Assembly: GCA_052327205.1 (NCBI GenBank)
Contig: CM126204.1
Coordinates: 327,856,001 to 327,920,000, forward strand
Source of the DNA: Somniosus microcephalus
Lineage: Eukaryota
Direction of reading: 5' to 3'
Length of the DNA stretch: 64,000 nt
The position numbers were made by a program, and so were the translations under genes. The stretch's first letter is position 1, and the number at the start of each line of letters is the position of its first letter. Positions 61,091-64,000 of the stretch are shown piece by piece. The notes beneath the pieces were generated by a model that worked only from the letters and a program-made list of their open reading frames with translations, did no database searches and was not told the origin of the DNA.

Positions 61091-62217
61091 CTTCTTCTCA
61101 ATAAGCTCATGGCTTTGTACAAGTCCCTGCTCTCACTAGTCCACTGCGGCTTCTTTTACATGTCGTTTAGTCACGTTCTCATATACTGAGCCTGAAGCTT
61201 TAGACCTAGGTCAGGTAACCTATAATAGCCTTGGGCATCAGGCCAGTAGGAGTCCTCCCAACACCTTAATAACATCATAATTTTAAGGCAGTTCCATCAT
61301 GGAGGCTTCACAGGAGTGGTGTCACAGGTGGAAAGAAATTCAGTCTGTGCTTTCAGCTACTGGGCAGCCTGCTGGTTGGCACACTGACAATCATAGCTCA
61401 AAGAGCAAAACTAGGATATCATAAATCATATCACAAAGTAATGTTTCCAAGTCTTTCACGGCCTGTTTAAAGGGATTGTACCACATCCATGGAGATTTCC
61501 CAGGTCATGTTCTGGGCAAGGGACCAAATTTGTTGTAATCCCACTCATTTCAGATTGATTTTAAATAGAAAAAACAGGCTCAAAAATACTGGGATTGTAT
61601 AACATTCCATTCATTTTTTTATGGTTTAAAGTATTTCCTTTTTATAATTTGAAATGATCTGTGTTATTTTCTCCTGTCTTTAGGTTTCTCTCTTTCTGGA
61701 GCCACACGCTGCTCCCCAGGCAGTCCTGGAGTTAGTCAGGGAGATCAGCTGCCAACTTCTGCCAGTGCCTTTTTTGAAGAGGCTGCTGGGAGGTGTAAAA
61801 TGGTAACCCTGGAAAGGACCCGCTTAGTCCGGGAAGAGAGGAACACACATGATTGAGATAGCAGCTGCAAACCAGTACACGACCACCATTGACACAGCGT
61901 TTTACAGAAGTGACATTTTGTGCCACTGCACAACTGAAGTCACCTATTGCCTTCCCCCATCTCTGTTAAAAATACATATTTCCATTAATTAATAATGGAA
62001 ACAAAGCAATATTTTGGCCAATTATAACTAGCATCGCCTTAAAGATGACAGCTTTTCTTAAAGTGAGAATTTCACTGGCACTGTAGTAATTTTTTTTTAC
62101 GGGTGTTATAATGTTATTTTTAATATTATGTTAACATCCTTGCCATCCTCCAGTGTATTTCTATATGATGTTAAATAAAATTGTTAAAATACTGAGCACA
62201 GATGGTATTTAAGTGGA

Positions 62218-62390
62218 ATAAAAACAGAAAATGCTGGAAATACTCAGCAGGTCAGGCAGCATCTGTGGAGAGAGAAACAGAGGTAACGTTTCAGGTCGAT
62301 GACCTTTCATCAGATGTTGCCTGACCTGCTGAGTATTTGCAGCATTTTCTGTTTTTATTTCAGATTTCTAGCATCCAATGTATTTTGTTT
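62218..62390. mobile_element. 173-bp fold-back Penelope-like insertion
   Basis: Inverted arms aaaacagaaaatgctggaaatactcagcaggtcaggcagcatctg / cagatgttgcctgacctgctgagtatttgcagcattttctgtttt. Flanking 15-bp direct repeat tggtatttaagtgga. Confidence 0.85.
62285..62313 (-). ncRNA. Minimal type I hammerhead ribozyme core (Penelope-associated), probably inactive
   Basis: The minus strand reads CUGAUGA-A-AGGUC-AUC-GACCU-GAAAC-GUU. The stem I partner appears lost at the inversion junction. Confidence 0.6.
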
Positions 62391-62494
62391 TGGTATTTAA
62401 GTGGAGACTGGTTCAGAAGAACTCCTGAACACCACAATGTGAAGTAGCTGAAGTGACATGACCTGTGTTGCAAGATCCAGAGCTCACCTGGGTT

Positions 62495-62813
62495 AATCCC
62501 AGAGGGGATCGATAACCTTTCTCAATCCCAGAGCGGATCGATAACCTTTCTCAATCCCAGAGCGGATCGATAACCTTTCTCAATCCCAGAGCGGATCGAT
62601 AACCTTTCTCAATCCCAGAGCGGATCGATAACCTTTCTCAATCCCAGAGCGGATCGATAACCTTTCTCAATCCCAGAGCGGATCGATAACCTTTCTCAAT
62701 CCCAGAGCGGGTCGATAACCTTTCTCAATCCCAGAGCGGATCGATAACCTTTCTCAATCCCAGAGCGGATCGATAACCTTTCTCAATCCCAGAGCGGATC
62801 GATAACCTTTCTC
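62495..62813. repeat. 29-bp tandem repeat, 11 near-identical copies (aatcccagagcggatcgataacctttctc)
   Basis: 319 bp equals 11 x 29. Only about 2 substitutions and no spacers. Confidence 0.97.
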
Positions 62814-63224
62814 CTGCGAGCAAAAGGCTCCCATTGGAGCTGAAGGTTTTTAAAAGAAGCTCCTTTTCTTCAGTTCGGGAACCTTACGAGATCTCAGGCA
62901 GGGAAACTTACAAGGCGAATTGGGAAGGGTGCTGCTGGAACCCCCCCTTACAGGTAGCAGAGTTCTGACCCAATCATACAAATGGCCCCATTCCCGCAAT
63001 TTCAGACGGGCAGCCAGGATTTCCGCTCCGCGTAACGTCTGGTGGTGGAGTGGGACTCCTGAAAGTTCAGGCCATGTATCTTTACTGATATTAACTTAGC
63101 TCCTTCATGCTGACAGGCTTTGTATTTCCTATTTATGACAGTTCTTCTAATAACATTATTGGCACTCAGAAATAAATAGGCAGAAGGATGTTAAAGTTAA
63201 TGATAATTCTTTGAAACGTTTTGA

Positions 63225-63378
63225 TTTTTAAAAGGAATCTTGGTGGTGAGACTGTCTCTTTAAAAGGGAATCCCAGTAATGAGATCCTGATGGCGAGGCT
63301 CCTTCTTTAACAGGGGTTCCAGTGACGAGACCCTCTTCTTTAAAAGGGACCTGATGGTGGGACTCGCTCTTTAAGAAT
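63225..63378. repeat. Degenerate short tandem repeat (ctctttaaaaggg...tgatggtgagact)
   Basis: Four to five diverged units are visible. Confidence 0.6.
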
Positions 63379-64000
63379 GAAAGAGTGATGTAAGAGGCAG
63401 GATTATATGAGCATCCACTTACTGCAGCTGGCTACTCCAGAGTTCAGGTCAAAGGGCAGCACTGATTGCCCTTGCAAGGAATTCCTTTGCAGTGCGGTTA
63501 TTGGAAGGCAAATCAGCCTGATTTAGGCTTTAACTCTTTCAAAACCACTTGGGACCAAAACAAAGCAAGCCCACATTAATAAAAATAATAATTCTATGAT
63601 CGCGTAATGGCTAGTTTTCAAACTGAATGTTCTTTAGAATGTCGTCAAAGTGGGTGCAACACTTGCACAACCACCAGCGCCAGGCCTGATCAACTAATAC
63701 CTGGCAACTGTGACTGCGCCTTCCTGAAGCACCCCCAATAAGGTAAGCACACATTTTCGCCCTCATTTGTGATATACACAACCTGCTCTGGTTGACAGGG
63801 TTGGCAGGCATCCTGGAGTCCAAGTCACTACGTAACTAGCCTGTGGCAGAAGCATGGGCTCATCCTGCAGACAGAAGAGCCATGTTTCTGTGGATCAGAA
63901 TGCTGGTATTCCTATAGGGGCATCCACCTTGCCCACCTCTTAACAGCTTGTAGTTTTCACTCCCAGATTAGTTACAGCACAGGTTAACTGTAAGGCAGAG

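Noticed and set aside
61732-61933. HWQ-containing ORF as a possible Patched exon 7
   Set aside because: It lacks the expected GGCHG...MHWQEELILGG context and suitable splice sites. Exon 7 is probably beyond the window.
62495-62813. 29-bp repeats of CRISPR-like length
   Set aside because: The units are head-to-tail with no spacers, there are no cas genes, and the context is vertebrate.

Overview
This window is eukaryotic, almost certainly a cartilaginous fish (shark): it carries HE1-type V-SINE, SacSINE1/DeuSINE-like and LF-SINE-like repeats. Nearly all of it is the 3' part of a Patched gene on the minus strand, best matching ptch2. I placed 16 coding exons (equivalent to PTCH1 exons 8-23) from GT-AG sites and reading phase. 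Together they encode about 1,104 aa, covering the sterol-sensing domain, both RND motifs and a long PTCH1-like C-terminal tail. A 5' splice site follows the stop codon directly and probably leads to a 3'-UTR exon at about 2879-2260. Exons 1-7 lie beyond the right edge. Introns are packed with L2, CR1, RTE, Rex1/Babar, Tx1 and Penelope fragments, SINEs and MITEs. The most interesting observations are: (1) an 18-bp intronic minisatellite that puts about 90 ACUAAY Quaking/SF1-type motifs into the pre-mRNA; (2) a candidate exon-12b-like cassette or poison exon; (3) a young, CpG-rich ~700-bp MITE family with 3-bp target duplications and mix-and-match ends; (4) a fold-back Penelope insertion carrying a hammerhead core; (5) a dense E-box cluster plus GLI sites; (6) a 29-bp array bracketed by splice-site-like sequences. 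Repeat family names come from recalled sequence similarity, not from a database search. There are no prokaryotic features and no CRISPR array.
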